The translations under genes and the position numbers were made by a program. This document shows, piece after piece, positions 1 to 10,367 of a stretch of DNA of 64,000 bases (the stretch's first letter is position 1; each line of letters starts with the position of its first letter). The DNA lies in contig CAVYXA010000005.1 in assembly GCA_963772365.1 (NCBI GenBank), positions 255,264 to 319,263 on the forward strand, in the 5' to 3' direction. The DNA is from an uncultured Verrucomicrobiae bacterium. Its GTDB lineage: Bacteria > Verrucomicrobiota > Verrucomicrobiia > Chthoniobacterales > UBA10450. The notes below the pieces were generated by a model. It was given only the letters and a program-made list of their open reading frames with translations. It searched no databases and had not been told where the DNA came from.

Positions 1-1540
1 TGCAACGGTAAGGCCACGGCAGTCTCGTTAGGATCGATGAGAAAAAGATCGCGATGAAGCTCTGGAATGGCGCGTTGAAAAACCTTTGGGGGAATCATCA
101 CTCGCCCGCTCGCCAGCTGCGGCTCGATCAATTTCAGCGGAAACGCAATCCGGACATCTTCCGGCACAAGCATGGGGCTGCCGTTCAATTGAAATGCGGG
201 CACCTGACTCAGAACCATCTGAAGCGGGAGGACGATCTTTGGTTCGTCCTCACTTGCGCTCTTTGAACTTTGTTTACTGAAGACAGGCTCGGGGATCTCC
301 AATGGTTCGACAGAGTCTGGCAGTTCTTTCGGTTCGACGCCTGGGACCAGAGTAAGCTTCGGGCGAATATCGTGGCTGGGAGCATTGAATTTGAATGGAG
401 CGCGTGCAGGCGATGGGGGTACACCCGGAGACGGGCTGGAAGTGCTGACTTCGGACTCGATTTTCTCTGATTCTACTTCTGTCTCTTTGCCGGTCTGCAC
501 CTCCGCAGTAACTGGAGGCAATTCTGTTCCTTTGGGACTTGTCGATGCTGAAATATCGGGAATAGTTGGAACGGGCGCTCCGCTTGAGGCTGGAACTCTC
601 TCAGAGGCGGAGGCACCCGTTCCGTTCGGTGGAAGGTGGAATGGAATTTTTTTCCGGGCTGGAGTTCGCCTAACCTGATTTTCAGTTCCTTTCCTCGAAG
701 AGGCTGGCGGCGCGGCAGATTCGATAGTCGAACTCAGCATCTCCAAATCGCGCAATGGTATCTTTGGCCGGGGTGCGGCTACGACTTGGCGACTGGTTCC
801 GGCTCGGCATCGGCAATGGTCTTGGCTGTAGCCGGTTCTATCTTGACCGGAGGGAGCTGCGACGTTCGCAGGGCTTCCATCTCTGTTCCGAACCGTTTCG
901 TGTCTTCTAATGTGACTTTTAGAAAAGGAGTCTCCAGTTGCGGCACATCGGCATCATGTTCCTGGTCGGGCCGAACCTGTAGCCGGTTGAATTCCTCAAG
1001 CACTTTGCCGAAGGGCAATGGTATTGGGGTGTGATCGTCCGGCTGAATGGCAGTTGAGAAAATTTCCGGGGCCTGTTGATAGATACTGGTCAAAGAAACA
1101 GTTGGCTTTCCGTTCGCCATTCCTCTCTCGAGATCCGACGCCTTAAGGATAATGGCCCGATTCGAGTCGAAGGCATCAGCAGGTTTTATCGATTCGTTGG
1201 GCAGGCCGTCGATGATTTCTGAGAGCTGCAAAGAGATTGTGCGTTCCGCGACCGGATCGGCGGTGATCACTTTTATCGGCTGGGTTTTTGGCGTCGGATC
1301 ATTAGGAACAGCCAACGATGGCATTGCCACAGATTTGCTAACTGAGCCGGCTGCAGCCTGAAAAGGATCGACCTGCGCGCGCGCGCGTGCCGCGTTTGGC
1401 ATTACCGTTTTGCTCAGACGTTGGTCGTTTGGTTTTTGAACAGGGATAACGGGAGCGGAGGGCGGCGGGGCTTTGGCTGCGACCAGGTCCAGCAATCGCG
1501 TCTTTGCTTTTGCGATAAGATCGACAATCGGAATGGTCAT
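1..1540 (-). CDS. Long Pro-rich hypothetical protein co-oriented with pilB; frameshift near 785; runs off the left edge
   Basis: ORF 779..1540 stops at AKS*, but restoring one base (GCC AAG [G]TC GTA GCC) gives an open frame to position 1 (…KIPFHLPPNGTG…IVLPLQMVLSQVPAFQLNG…AVALPLQ). Confidence 0.65.
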
Positions 1541-1543
1541 CGC

Positions 1544-3262
1544 TTAATGGTCCTCCGCCGTTACTCGCCAGACTTCTTCCAGCGTTGTGATTCCATCGAG
1601 GGCCTTTTCAATACCCACCATCCGCAGCGTTTTCATTCCTTCGGTCATCGCCTGATTTTTGATCACCGCTGCCGATGCGCGCTTGATGACGAGCCGCCGG
1701 ATTGTCTCGGTCACTGGTAAAGCTTCAATGATCGCTACGCGACCCAGATACCCGCGTCCTTTGCAACGATCACATCCGGTCCCATGATAGAAAACCGTGC
1801 CTTCTCGATCCTGCAGACCGAGTTTTTCGAGAAATTCCGGCTCGGGAATAACTTCGTCCTGGCAATTGCTGCAAATCCGTCGAATCAGACGTTGAGCGCA
1901 GGCCATCAGGATCGAGCTGGAGATCAGGAATGGCTCGATTCCCATATCGTCCAGACGAGTGATGGCGCCGGCCGCATCGTTCGTATGCAGCGTGCTTAAT
2001 ACCTGGTGCCCGGTAAGTGCCGCCTTTACTGCGATATCGGCTGTCTCGTTGTCACGAATCTCGCCGACCATCACAATGTCGGGGTCCTGCCGGAGGATCG
2101 AGCGTAAGGCAGAGGAAAAATCGAGCCCGATATCGCTACGCACCGCCACCTGGTTTACTCCCATCAGCTCGTACTCAATCGGATCTTCGACAGTAACGAT
2201 GTTGTATTCGGGATTATTTAATTCATGCAGGACGGAATACAGCGTCGTGGTTTTTCCGGAGCCAGTCGGACCCGTCACCAGAATCATGCCGTGTGGCGCA
2301 TCGATTGCCTTGCGGAATTTATCCAGAGTATCTTGATCCATGCCAAGTTGATCAATCCCCCCGGTCAGAGAACTCTTATCGAGAATACGAATAACAATTT
2401 TCTCACCGTGAGCGGTGGGCAGAATGGAAATACGCAAGTCAACGTCCTTACCCATCACGCGAATGCGGAACCGGCCGTCTTGGGGAAGCCGACGCTCAGC
2501 AATGTTGAGTCCTGCGAGAATCTTGATGCGTGAAGTGATCGCTAATTGCAACGCTTTCGGCGGCGATTCTGCTGCCACCAGTTCGCCATCGATGCGGTAG
2601 CGTAACTTGAGCGATGTATGAAAAGGCTCGATGTGAATATCCGAAGCCTTTTCCTTCACCGCCTGGGCCAAAATCAGATTGACGATTTTGATGACCGGCG
2701 CGTCTTCGCTGTCGGATGCCAGACGATCGAGGTCTATCTCTTCGCGTTTCGCAGCCTGGACCTCGACATCGCTGGCCTGAACCGCTTCCTCAGAGACCTG
2801 TTTGAGCACCTGGCTCATGTTCGCGCCGCCGTGAATGCCACTCAGCGTTTCCACGACCGCTTTTTCCGTGGCGATCATGGGGACGATTTCGAGCTGGACC
2901 CGCCGCTTTAAGTCATCGACGGCCAGGACGTTGGTCGGATCGGCCATGGCTACGAACAGCTTTCCGTTCAATCGGGCAATCGGTACGAGCTTATTGGCCT
3001 TGGCCATGTCGCGCGGCACGAGCGCCATGATTTCTTCCGGGACACGTACCTTGGTCAAATTTATTGCTGGCGTGTTCAGGCATCGACCCATGCTGAAGGC
3101 CATGTCCTGTTCGGTGACGAATTGCCGTTGGGTCAAAATCTTCAGCAGCCGTCCACCTTCGGTCTTCTGAATGTCCACCGCTTCCCGTAACTGGTTAGGC
3201 AGAAGCAAACCGTCCTCGATCAGGACGTCGGCAATGCGTTCTCCGAAGGATTTGCTTTTCAT
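1544..3262 (-). CDS. pilB: Type II/IV secretion ATPase, PilB/GspE family
   Basis: Walker A GPTGSGKTT, TVEDPIEY, LRQDPDIVMVGEIRD, His box STLHTND, two CxxC pairs; start MKSKSFGE overlaps upstream stop (ATGA). Confidence 0.9.
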   Translation of the reverse strand: MKSKSFGERIADVLIEDGLLLPNQLREAVDIQKTEGGRLLKILTQRQFVTEQDMAFSMGRCLNTPAINLTKVRVPEEIMALVPRDMAKANKLVPIARLNGKLFVAMADPTNVLAVDDLKRRVQLEIVPMIATEKAVVETLSGIHGGANMSQVLKQVSEEAVQASDVEVQAAKREEIDLDRLASDSEDAPVIKIVNLILAQAVKEKASDIHIEPFHTSLKLRYRIDGELVAAESPPKALQLAITSRIKILAGLNIAERRLPQDGRFRIRVMGKDVDLRISILPTAHGEKIVIRILDKSSLTGGIDQLGMDQDTLDKFRKAIDAPHGMILVTGPTGSGKTTTLYSVLHELNNPEYNIVTVEDPIEYELMGVNQVAVRSDIGLDFSSALRSILRQDPDIVMVGEIRDNETADIAVKAALTGHQVLSTLHTNDAAGAITRLDDMGIEPFLISSSILMACAQRLIRRICSNCQDEVIPEPEFLEKLGLQDREGTVFYHGTGCDRCKGRGYLGRVAIIEALPVTETIRRLVIKRASAAVIKNQAMTEGMKTLRMVGIEKALDGITTLEEVWRVTAEDH

Positions 3263-4146
3263 GATACTCGCGCGTCGAGCCGGTAAATGGATTGCAATGC
3301 CTTCGCGAGCGCTGTGGGACGGGCCAGATACCACGCGACGCTATAATCGACCGATTGCTGGACAGCATCACGCCCGGCGGCATCAAACGGATTGCAACAG
3401 GCCACCATCATTGTGCGACTGACCAGATCGAATGGAACGAATCGGCGGCCAAGGGTCAGATTTTCCGGCAACATCGGTGCGATCTGCCGGTCCACATCAT
3501 AGTACTCTAATGGAACGTAGGCGAATTTGGTCCGATCAATCAAAGCGGAGAGGACCTTGTCCACTTTATCTACGTTCGTTTTGCAGAGATGCTCCAACAG
3601 AGAGGCGGCAACAGCCTGGCCGCTCAGAGCTTTGTTGACCTGTTCTACTTCGGCCAGCGCAGGCTTTACCTCTTCTTCGGGAAACAGTTGCTGAACGATC
3701 AGGAATTTGGCCAGTTGGTCCGTCCCGCGTTCATGTAGATTGGTTACCTTGCCGACATGTGCGCCCCTAATGTCGATCAATGCACCCTGATGGGTTTCAT
3801 CGGTTCCATTGCCGCCCTCGCCTTTCACAATGGCCGCGCCTGTGGCTTGCAAGCGCGTCTCGATTTCTCCCAGCATCGCCAGAATGTCCGGAGCATTTGG
3901 TTCCTTGACCAAAACGACCTCGCATTCCTGCATCGCCAGCGTATAGGAACCCGCATTGAAATATGCTTCGGCCAATCGCCGCGATGTCCGCAAAGAATCC
4001 GCGTCTCTACCGAGTTTGCGATAGGCTTCCTTCAGAATTTCCAGCGATTGATAGTCGTCGGGCTGTGTTTGAGTGATGGTCTCAAACATCTCGATCGTCT
4101 GGACGATCTGGCTATGTTCTTGTTCGGACAGGGTGTGTTCCAGCAC
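3259..4146 (-). CDS. TPR-like N-terminus plus GspE/PilB N-terminal-like domain protein
   Basis: Helical TPR-like repeats (LAEAYFNAGSYTLA); C-terminal VPFDLVSRTMMVACCNPFD resembles the PilB N-domain VPIARLNGKLFVAMADPTN. Confidence 0.6.
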   Translation of the reverse strand: MLEHTLSEQEHSQIVQTIEMFETITQTQPDDYQSLEILKEAYRKLGRDADSLRTSRRLAEAYFNAGSYTLAMQECEVVLVKEPNAPDILAMLGEIETRLQATGAAIVKGEGGNGTDETHQGALIDIRGAHVGKVTNLHERGTDQLAKFLIVQQLFPEEEVKPALAEVEQVNKALSGQAVAASLLEHLCKTNVDKVDKVLSALIDRTKFAYVPLEYYDVDRQIAPMLPENLTLGRRFVPFDLVSRTMMVACCNPFDAAGRDAVQQSVDYSVAWYLARPTALAKALQSIYRLDARVS

Positions 4147-4262
4147 GCCGCGCTGTAAAAGCTAGAAATATGCCCCTGCATGCCAGTCGACCCGAAATTC
4201 GCTCCCAAACTGCGATTTCTAATTTCCAGCGGGCACTAAATCGGCCCTCCGAAAGCGACGCT

Positions 4263-4700
4263 TTATTCCTCGACGATCTCGTCCGGTAGTTCGTTTGACG
4301 ATGTCGATCTTCGCGGGAAATGCGCTGCCAGCACATTTCCGATTCCCACGATTGCGTTGATAAGGGCGTCCGTGAATTTCTCGGCTTTGAACCCGTCGCG
4401 CATATTGTCCGCGACCTCCCGCCAGAAAGGTTCGCCGCATTTCTCGTGAATTGCCCGGTCGCCTACAACTGCAAACTTACGCGCCCGCGGCACAACGAAA
4501 ACTAGTACTGCGTTGCGCTCTCGTGTCTTGTGCATACCGAGGCGGTGAAACCGCTGCTCGGCCACCGGCAGAGGATCGACATCCAATTTACCCCGCTGAA
4601 CGAACACCCGAATCTGGCCGGAACTTTTTGATTCGGCCTCCCGAATTGCCGCAACAATTCGGTCATGCTCGAGCTTACTCAAAAATTCCTTCGTTCGCAT
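4263..4700 (-). CDS. TPM domain protein
   Basis: IVAAIREAESKSSGQIRV…RNAVLVFV…NELPDEI; lies in the lemA-TPM-TPM cluster; start taken at MRTKEFL. Confidence 0.8.
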   Translation of the reverse strand: MRTKEFLSKLEHDRIVAAIREAESKSSGQIRVFVQRGKLDVDPLPVAEQRFHRLGMHKTRERNAVLVFVVPRARKFAVVGDRAIHEKCGEPFWREVADNMRDGFKAEKFTDALINAIVGIGNVLAAHFPRRSTSSNELPDEIVEE

Positions 4701-4704
4701 TTCG

Positions 4705-5481
4705 TCACCATCCTGAGCCCGCTCCGCCTCCGCCGAAACTACCGCCGCCCCCACTAAACCCGCTAAAACCACCACCACCGCCCCCGGATGACCAACCGCC
4801 GCGACCCATCGGCACGAAGATAGGTCCACCTCTGCGGGAAGAATAACCATAGCCGCCGAAGCGACGCATGATTCTCGAAACGAAAATCAGCACAAATACG
4901 AACGCGACAAAAAAGATTAGGCCGCCCGATCCTTTGGCGTTTCCACGGCGTTCTTGAACTGTTTTGCCGCTTCCCTTGTACTCGCCTCGAATTGCTTTCA
5001 GAATTGAATCAATTCCTGCACCTAGCCCAGCTTCATAGTTGCCCGCCCGAAACTCCGGTTTGATTCGGTATTCGGTAATGTCGAAAGCGGTGATGTCCGG
5101 TAGTGCACCTTCCAAACCGTAGCCGACTTGGATGAACATTTTTCGGTCCTGAATGAAAATGAAGAGCACAACGCCATTGCGCCGCGCTTTCTGGCCAACT
5201 CCCCATGTCTGGGCCACGCGTCGCGTGTAATCTGCGATATCGGAATCGCTCTGCATTTTCGGATAAATCGCGACCACGACCTGAGTAGACGTCTCTCGCT
5301 CAAACTGGGCGAGTCGTTCGTTAAAACGCAGCGCCGCAGATTGGCTTACGACCCCCGCGTAGTCGTTGAAATAACGTTCCGGCTTCGGCGGGATGACTTG
5401 CGTCGCCTGAACAGTAATCGCACAGAACGCGAGCGCGCTGAAGAGAGCTACATCGCGCACCCGAGGTGCAATCGCACTCAC
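4705..5481 (-). CDS. TPM domain protein (YgcG-like) with TM helix and Gly-rich tail
   Basis: Signal peptide, NDYAGVVS, IQVGYGLEGALPD, GGGSFGGGGAGSGW tail. Confidence 0.85.
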   Translation of the reverse strand: MSAIAPRVRDVALFSALAFCAITVQATQVIPPKPERYFNDYAGVVSQSAALRFNERLAQFERETSTQVVVAIYPKMQSDSDIADYTRRVAQTWGVGQKARRNGVVLFIFIQDRKMFIQVGYGLEGALPDITAFDITEYRIKPEFRAGNYEAGLGAGIDSILKAIRGEYKGSGKTVQERRGNAKGSGGLIFFVAFVFVLIFVSRIMRRFGGYGYSSRRGGPIFVPMGRGGWSSGGGGGGFSGFSGGGGSFGGGGAGSGW

Positions 5482-6126
5482 GGCGTCGCAGTTGCGGCCG
5501 GCGCGGGCGAGCCAAAATTGAAATTCACAGCAGGCGCTTTCTCAGCTCCAGGCTGGGCTGCGAAAAATGGCCGCTGCGAAAAGCCAAACATTCCCGCGAT
5601 CATGTTCGTCGGGAAGGTGCGCACGGCCACATTATAATTCTGAACCGCGCGGTTGAAGTTGTTTCGCTCCACGGAAATCCGATTCTCCTGTACCTTCCAG
5701 CTGCGCCTGCAATTCTTCAAAATTTCGAGTGGCTCGCAATTGCGGATAATTCTCCGCCACTACCAAAAGCCGGGACAAAGCATTCGTCAGTTGGCCCTGA
5801 GCTGCTTGAAACTGTTGCAATTGCGCCGCATCCGTTGGTGCCTTGTTTGGATCGAGCTGAACACGGCCGACACTGGCACGGGCGTTGGTCACTTCCGTTA
5901 AGGTCGATTTTTCAAAATTAGCCGCACCCGCCACCGTGCTAACCAGATTTGGAATCAGGTCTGCACGCCGTTGATAAACAGTCTGGACCTGGGCCCATTG
6001 CGTATCGACAGCCTGCTGTAGACCGACGAGCCGATTATAAGTGCCCCAGAAAAAAAGGGCGATGATGAGCCCCACAACAAGCAAGATCACGATCAGTCCA
6101 CCACATCCGATGGCAAATTTATTCAT
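5478..6126 (-). CDS. lemA: LemA family protein (one extra base near 5690)
   Basis: YQRRADLIPNLV, ENYPQLRA, LEGT|ENRISVER…YNVAVRTFP split over two ORFs; span is 216 codons +1 nt. Confidence 0.88.
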
Positions 6127-6161
6127 AAGATCGACAACGGTTCAGGAAAGATTCGGCGAAG

Positions 6162-7190
6162 TCAATGGGAACGAGGCCTACCCAGCACTAGTCGGAGAAA
6201 GTGCGCATCAGAAAACTTGGCGTTTTGTCCCTGGCGCACGATGATTGCCTGCATCGACGGAATGACAAAAAGCCGCTGATAACCCGAGCCGACCCCAACG
6301 ACCATGTCCGGCGGGGAAATCCTGCTGAAACAGGTGCCGATCCAATGTGCACGCTCCCACGGCAGATCGAGCTCCTTTTCCATGTCGATCTCGCGCGCAT
6401 GCGGAGCTTGCCGATTCAACCAAAAGGTCAGGCCATAAGAGGGATTTGCGCTCGACCCGGCAAACGCCTCGCGTAACAACGATTCCGGAAGAATTTGTTT
6501 CCCATGATAAGTCCCATGCCCAAGGATCAGCTCACCTAATCGGGCCCATTCCCGCGCACTTAGTTCGAACCCACTGGCCAGCAGAGGAACGCCTTTCGCA
6601 TCCTTTTTCAAATCGAGCCGGCCCAGATCCAATGGACCGGTGACATTCTGTTCGAGATAGGATGAAAGTGTGCGTCCGTTCAATCGTCGGCGAAGTACTT
6701 CCGCCAGAATCTGGAAATGACTCGGTCCATAGATGAAACGAGCGCCTGGCGTCGCCAGCGTCGGCAGCCGTATCGCAAGCGCATCACGATCATGAATCGA
6801 GCCCCGGTGAAGAAACGAAGCCGCCTCGATTCCATCGGTCTGGTTCAGCAACTGCCGAATCGTGATTTGCGATTTGAGCGGGTCGTCTTTCCAATTTGTG
6901 ATCGTATTGGCGACACGATCATCCAACCGAATCAGGCCATCCCGCACGGCGCAGAGCGCCGCGATTCCCCAAAAGTTTTTCGTTCCGCTGAAAATCGGCC
7001 AGCGCCCGTTTCGCGTTCCGCCATTGGTGTAGCGCTCGAAAATCACGCGCCCCTTTTGCATCACCAGAAACGAAATGCCGCGCGTCTTTTCAACGTATTT
7101 TGCCGCTCGCGCGCAACTGGCTGTGCGGATTTCGCCCAGCGCCGTAGTCGATGTTACAAGTGTGATCGCGATAAAAAATCGAAAGAGCAC
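6162..7190 (-). CDS. Serine hydrolase, beta-lactamase class C-like
   Basis: SxxK (FSGTK), ITIRQLL, FIYGP, YGLTFWLN; signal peptide. Confidence 0.85.
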   Translation of the reverse strand: MLFRFFIAITLVTSTTALGEIRTASCARAAKYVEKTRGISFLVMQKGRVIFERYTNGGTRNGRWPIFSGTKNFWGIAALCAVRDGLIRLDDRVANTITNWKDDPLKSQITIRQLLNQTDGIEAASFLHRGSIHDRDALAIRLPTLATPGARFIYGPSHFQILAEVLRRRLNGRTLSSYLEQNVTGPLDLGRLDLKKDAKGVPLLASGFELSAREWARLGELILGHGTYHGKQILPESLLREAFAGSSANPSYGLTFWLNRQAPHAREIDMEKELDLPWERAHWIGTCFSRISPPDMVVGVGSGYQRLFVIPSMQAIIVRQGQNAKFSDAHFLRLVLGRPRSH

Positions 7191-7277
7191 GTTTCACAGA
7201 TACTCACTGCTATCGAACACACAATCGCGCTTCCGTCCTTGGCGGAGCCTGCAGTAGTGGAGTAAATTTTAGCTTCG

Positions 7278-7964
7278 GTGACTCCGCTCGAGGAACGTAT
7301 CGGTTACAAATTTCGCAATCCGCTTTTACTAGCGGAGGCGCTTACTCATCCGAGCCTCGGCCACGAAACCCAGCGTTATCATTTCGATAATCAGCGCCTG
7401 GAATTTCTCGGTGATGCGGTGCTCCAACTCGTGGTCACGGAGTATCTCTTTCAACACTTCAGCGCGGAAGCGGAAGGTCGTCTCACCAAACTGCGTTCGC
7501 GCCTCGTTTCGCGCAATACACTAAAGGAGCATGCCGCTGCCCTCGACCTGGGAAGTCATCTCCTCCTGGGCCGTGGCGAAGAAGCCAGTGGCGGCCGGAA
7601 ACGAGCATCGACATTGGCCGATGCATTCGAAGCATTGATCGGCGCGATTTATCTGGATAGCGACCTGGAAACGGCAAAGAAATTCATCCTCGACCAGGCT
7701 CGCGCAGACCTCGAGCAAATCGCGGAAGAACCCGTCGATATCAATCCCAAAGGGCATTTACAGGAATTACTACAAAGCATCTCGCCGCGCAGTCCGGAGT
7801 ATCAAGTCGTTTCCCAAAGCGGGCCCGAGCATGAAAAGACGTTCGTCGTCAAAGTCGTGTGGGAGGGAATCGAGTTGGGTCAGGGCAGCGGAAGGAGTAA
7901 GAAACAAGCGGAGACTGCGGCGGCGATCGAGGCGATGGATTTGAGACGCTGGGAGAAAAGATAA
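7278..7964 (+). CDS. rnc: Ribonuclease III
   Basis: NQRLEFLGDAVL signature, ADAFEALIGAIYLD, C-terminal dsRBD. Confidence 0.95.
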   Translation: MTPLEERIGYKFRNPLLLAEALTHPSLGHETQRYHFDNQRLEFLGDAVLQLVVTEYLFQHFSAEAEGRLTKLRSRLVSRNTLKEHAAALDLGSHLLLGRGEEASGGRKRASTLADAFEALIGAIYLDSDLETAKKFILDQARADLEQIAEEPVDINPKGHLQELLQSISPRSPEYQVVSQSGPEHEKTFVVKVVWEGIELGQGSGRSKKQAETAAAIEAMDLRRWEKR

Positions 7965-8011
7965 CGCGGCAGCGGATACCCTTTGTCCGGCACGCCAGGG
8001 ACTTTGCTGAT

Positions 8012-8830
8012 TCAGAGGTGTTTCAGTGCTTGAAGCGTTTTACCCGAACGAGATTCCCAGCGAAAATGGCGCGCGATTGCTAATGTCACAAATTTTTTTG
8101 CACGGGCGATTGCTTGCTCGAGGGTAAAGTCCGACGCGAGGCCAGCTGTAATTGCGGCGGAATATGTGCAGCCTGTTCCGTGCGTGGCCACGCCTGGGAT
8201 GAATGGTCTGGCAAATTCGATCAATTTGCCATGGGTATAGAGCACATCGATCGCCCGTTTTCCCGGAAAATGGCCGCCTTTAAGCAGGATCGACACCCGA
8301 TATTTTCTGGCCAGGTCTTGCGCAGCCTTTTTCATCGATTCTCGATCTTCAATTTTCCTGCCGAGCAATCGTGCCGCTTCATCGAGGTTTGGAGTGATCA
8401 GCGTTGCTCGAGGAAACAATTTCTTCTCATAAATCTTTATCGCTGCCGGCCGAAGAAGCGGGTCGCCGCTGGTGGCAATCATCACTGGATCGATCACCAG
8501 CGGAATATGTGGAAGATCGACAATCGCTTCAGCCACGGCCTGGACAATTTCTGCTGAGCACAGCAATCCGGTCTTGATGGCCGCGATCGGGAAACTTTTT
8601 GCCAACACTCGGATCTGGTCACGAACAAGTTCGGCCTTCACCGACCCGATCCGCGAGACTTTCCCGGGGATTTCCGCGACTACGCAGGTAATAGCAGTCA
8701 GGCCATACACGCCCAGCGCGGTGAATGTTTTCAGATCGGCTTGAATACCAGCGCCGGCGCTACTGTCCGATCCGGCGATGGTGAGTGCGACAGGCGGGAT
8801 ATTGTGAGTCCCACGAGACGAATGGGACAT
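8012..8830 (-). CDS. thiD: Hydroxymethylpyrimidine/phosphomethylpyrimidine kinase
   Basis: TIAGSDSSAGAGIQADLKT, IDPVM, TPNLDEA, THGTGCTYSAA. Confidence 0.92.
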   Translation of the reverse strand: MSHSSRGTHNIPPVALTIAGSDSSAGAGIQADLKTFTALGVYGLTAITCVVAEIPGKVSRIGSVKAELVRDQIRVLAKSFPIAAIKTGLLCSAEIVQAVAEAIVDLPHIPLVIDPVMIATSGDPLLRPAAIKIYEKKLFPRATLITPNLDEAARLLGRKIEDRESMKKAAQDLARKYRVSILLKGGHFPGKRAIDVLYTHGKLIEFARPFIPGVATHGTGCTYSAAITAGLASDFTLEQAIARAKKFVTLAIARHFRWESRSGKTLQALKHL

Positions 8831-8847
8831 ATGCGATAATGGTCGAG

Positions 8848-9081
8848 CTAGGCGCCGTCGTTACCGATGGCTTCGACGGGACATCCTTCCATGGCTTCCT
8901 TGCAAAGCGCTTCTTCCTCTGGGCTTTCCGGCTGCTTGTAAACGAAAGAATGCCCGCCATCGTCGTTGCGTTTGAAATTCGCAGGGGCAGTCTCGCGGCA
9001 TAAATCGCAATCGATGCATTGATCATCGACGTAGAACTTCCCCGCTACATTTTCGGCGTATTTATTTGCAGCATCAGCCAT
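8848..9081 (-). CDS. Ferredoxin (single 4Fe-4S type)
   Basis: CIDCDLC…CPVEAI; start MADAANK. Confidence 0.88.
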   Translation of the reverse strand: MADAANKYAENVAGKFYVDDQCIDCDLCRETAPANFKRNDDGGHSFVYKQPESPEEEALCKEAMEGCPVEAIGNDGA

Positions 9082-9209
9082 CGTGAAATTGGCTAAAAAT
9101 TGGAGTGTGAAGCTTAGGAGAAAAAGCCTGCGGCGCAATCAATTTCGGCGTTGACGAGTTTCAACGCAACCGGCAGAGAGAACCTGAACGAATCAACTCC
9201 GAGCACGTC

Positions 9210-9452
9210 ATGAAGAAGGAAGCCGTCAAAACCATTCGCGCCTTTGCCGTTGAACTCGTGGTTTACGCTGTCTTTGTCGTTGTCTATTTCTTTCTGGTTC
9301 TCCACTTGTTGGGCGGCTGGCTTCACCGAATCGAAGCTGCCCATCGGAATACGTATGCAGTCGTTGCCATTCTGCTCATTATCGGTCAGGCGGTGGCGCT
9401 GGAGATTATCACTACATTCTTGCTACGATTGCTGCGCGGTCGCTCGGAATAA
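9210..9452 (+). CDS. Small two-TM membrane protein
   Basis: Two hydrophobic stretches; 3 nt upstream of the TSUP gene. Confidence 0.65.
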   Translation: MKKEAVKTIRAFAVELVVYAVFVVVYFFLVLHLLGGWLHRIEAAHRNTYAVVAILLIIGQAVALEIITTFLLRLLRGRSE

Positions 9453-9455
9453 GCC

Positions 9456-10361
9456 ATGTTTTTCCCAATCTCCGGCGCACACATCAGTCCGACCTATTTG
9501 ATCGTGGTCGGATTCATCATCGGAATTTTGGGCGGCTTCTTTGGCGTGGGCGGAAGCTTTATCGCGGGACCGGCTCTGCGTCTGGCGGGATTGGATTGGA
9601 ATTACGCGATCGGAACCGACCTTGCACACATTGTCGGGAAATCGGTGGTCGCGGCGAAACGGCATCGCGCCTTAGGGAATGTCGATCTAAAGCTGGGCTT
9701 GATTATGGCCATCGGGACCATCGCGGGAGCCGAAGGTGGGGCACAGTTGATTCAATTATTAAAGCGCGCTGGCAACATCAACTTGGTCGTGAGCATCGTT
9801 TCAATCGTCGTTTACGTGAGCATTTCGGCATTCATGGTCTGGGAGAGCAAAAAGACCCTGAAATCACAAGAGGGTAAACGCGCCAAGGCCCGGCAAGATC
9901 ATTCCGCTATTAAACACATGAGCGATGCCGTGCAGCGTTTGAAAATCTCTCCGATGATTTCGCTTCCTGCTTCGGGCATTAAATCAATTTCGCTCTGGGT
10001 CATTTTGGTTGTTTCATTCATCGGCGGCTTGTTCAGCGGATTTCTCGGTGGAGGTGCAGGTTATATCCGGATGCCATCGATGGTTTATGTTCTCGGGATT
10101 CCTACGCATTTAGCTGTAGGCACGGATCTTTTTGAGATCGTGATCTCGGCCAGCTACGGGACATTCAGTCACGCGATCAAAGGTAATGTGGACATTCTAA
10201 TTGCCCTTGTGATGCACACCGGGGCGGCGATTGGCGCGCAAATGGGAGCGATCGCTACTCAATATTTTGCCGGTCCTAAAATCCGACTGGCCTTTGTACC
10301 GCTGCCCTTATTTGGCGCGGCCATTGTCATTTACACTTTGATGAGCGGCCACAAATTGTAA
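9456..10361 (+). CDS. Sulfite exporter TauE/SafE (TSUP) family
   Basis: GGFFGVGG, AIGTDL, GFLGGGAG, AVGTDLF repeats; multi-TM. Confidence 0.85.
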   Translation: MFFPISGAHISPTYLIVVGFIIGILGGFFGVGGSFIAGPALRLAGLDWNYAIGTDLAHIVGKSVVAAKRHRALGNVDLKLGLIMAIGTIAGAEGGAQLIQLLKRAGNINLVVSIVSIVVYVSISAFMVWESKKTLKSQEGKRAKARQDHSAIKHMSDAVQRLKISPMISLPASGIKSISLWVILVVSFIGGLFSGFLGGGAGYIRMPSMVYVLGIPTHLAVGTDLFEIVISASYGTFSHAIKGNVDILIALVMHTGAAIGAQMGAIATQYFAGPKIRLAFVPLPLFGAAIVIYTLMSGHKL

Positions 10362-10367
10362 TCACCC

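Noticed and set aside
6162..7190. Antibiotic-resistance beta-lactamase
   Set aside because: The SxxK fold alone does not indicate lactamase activity; most such proteins are esterases or peptidases.
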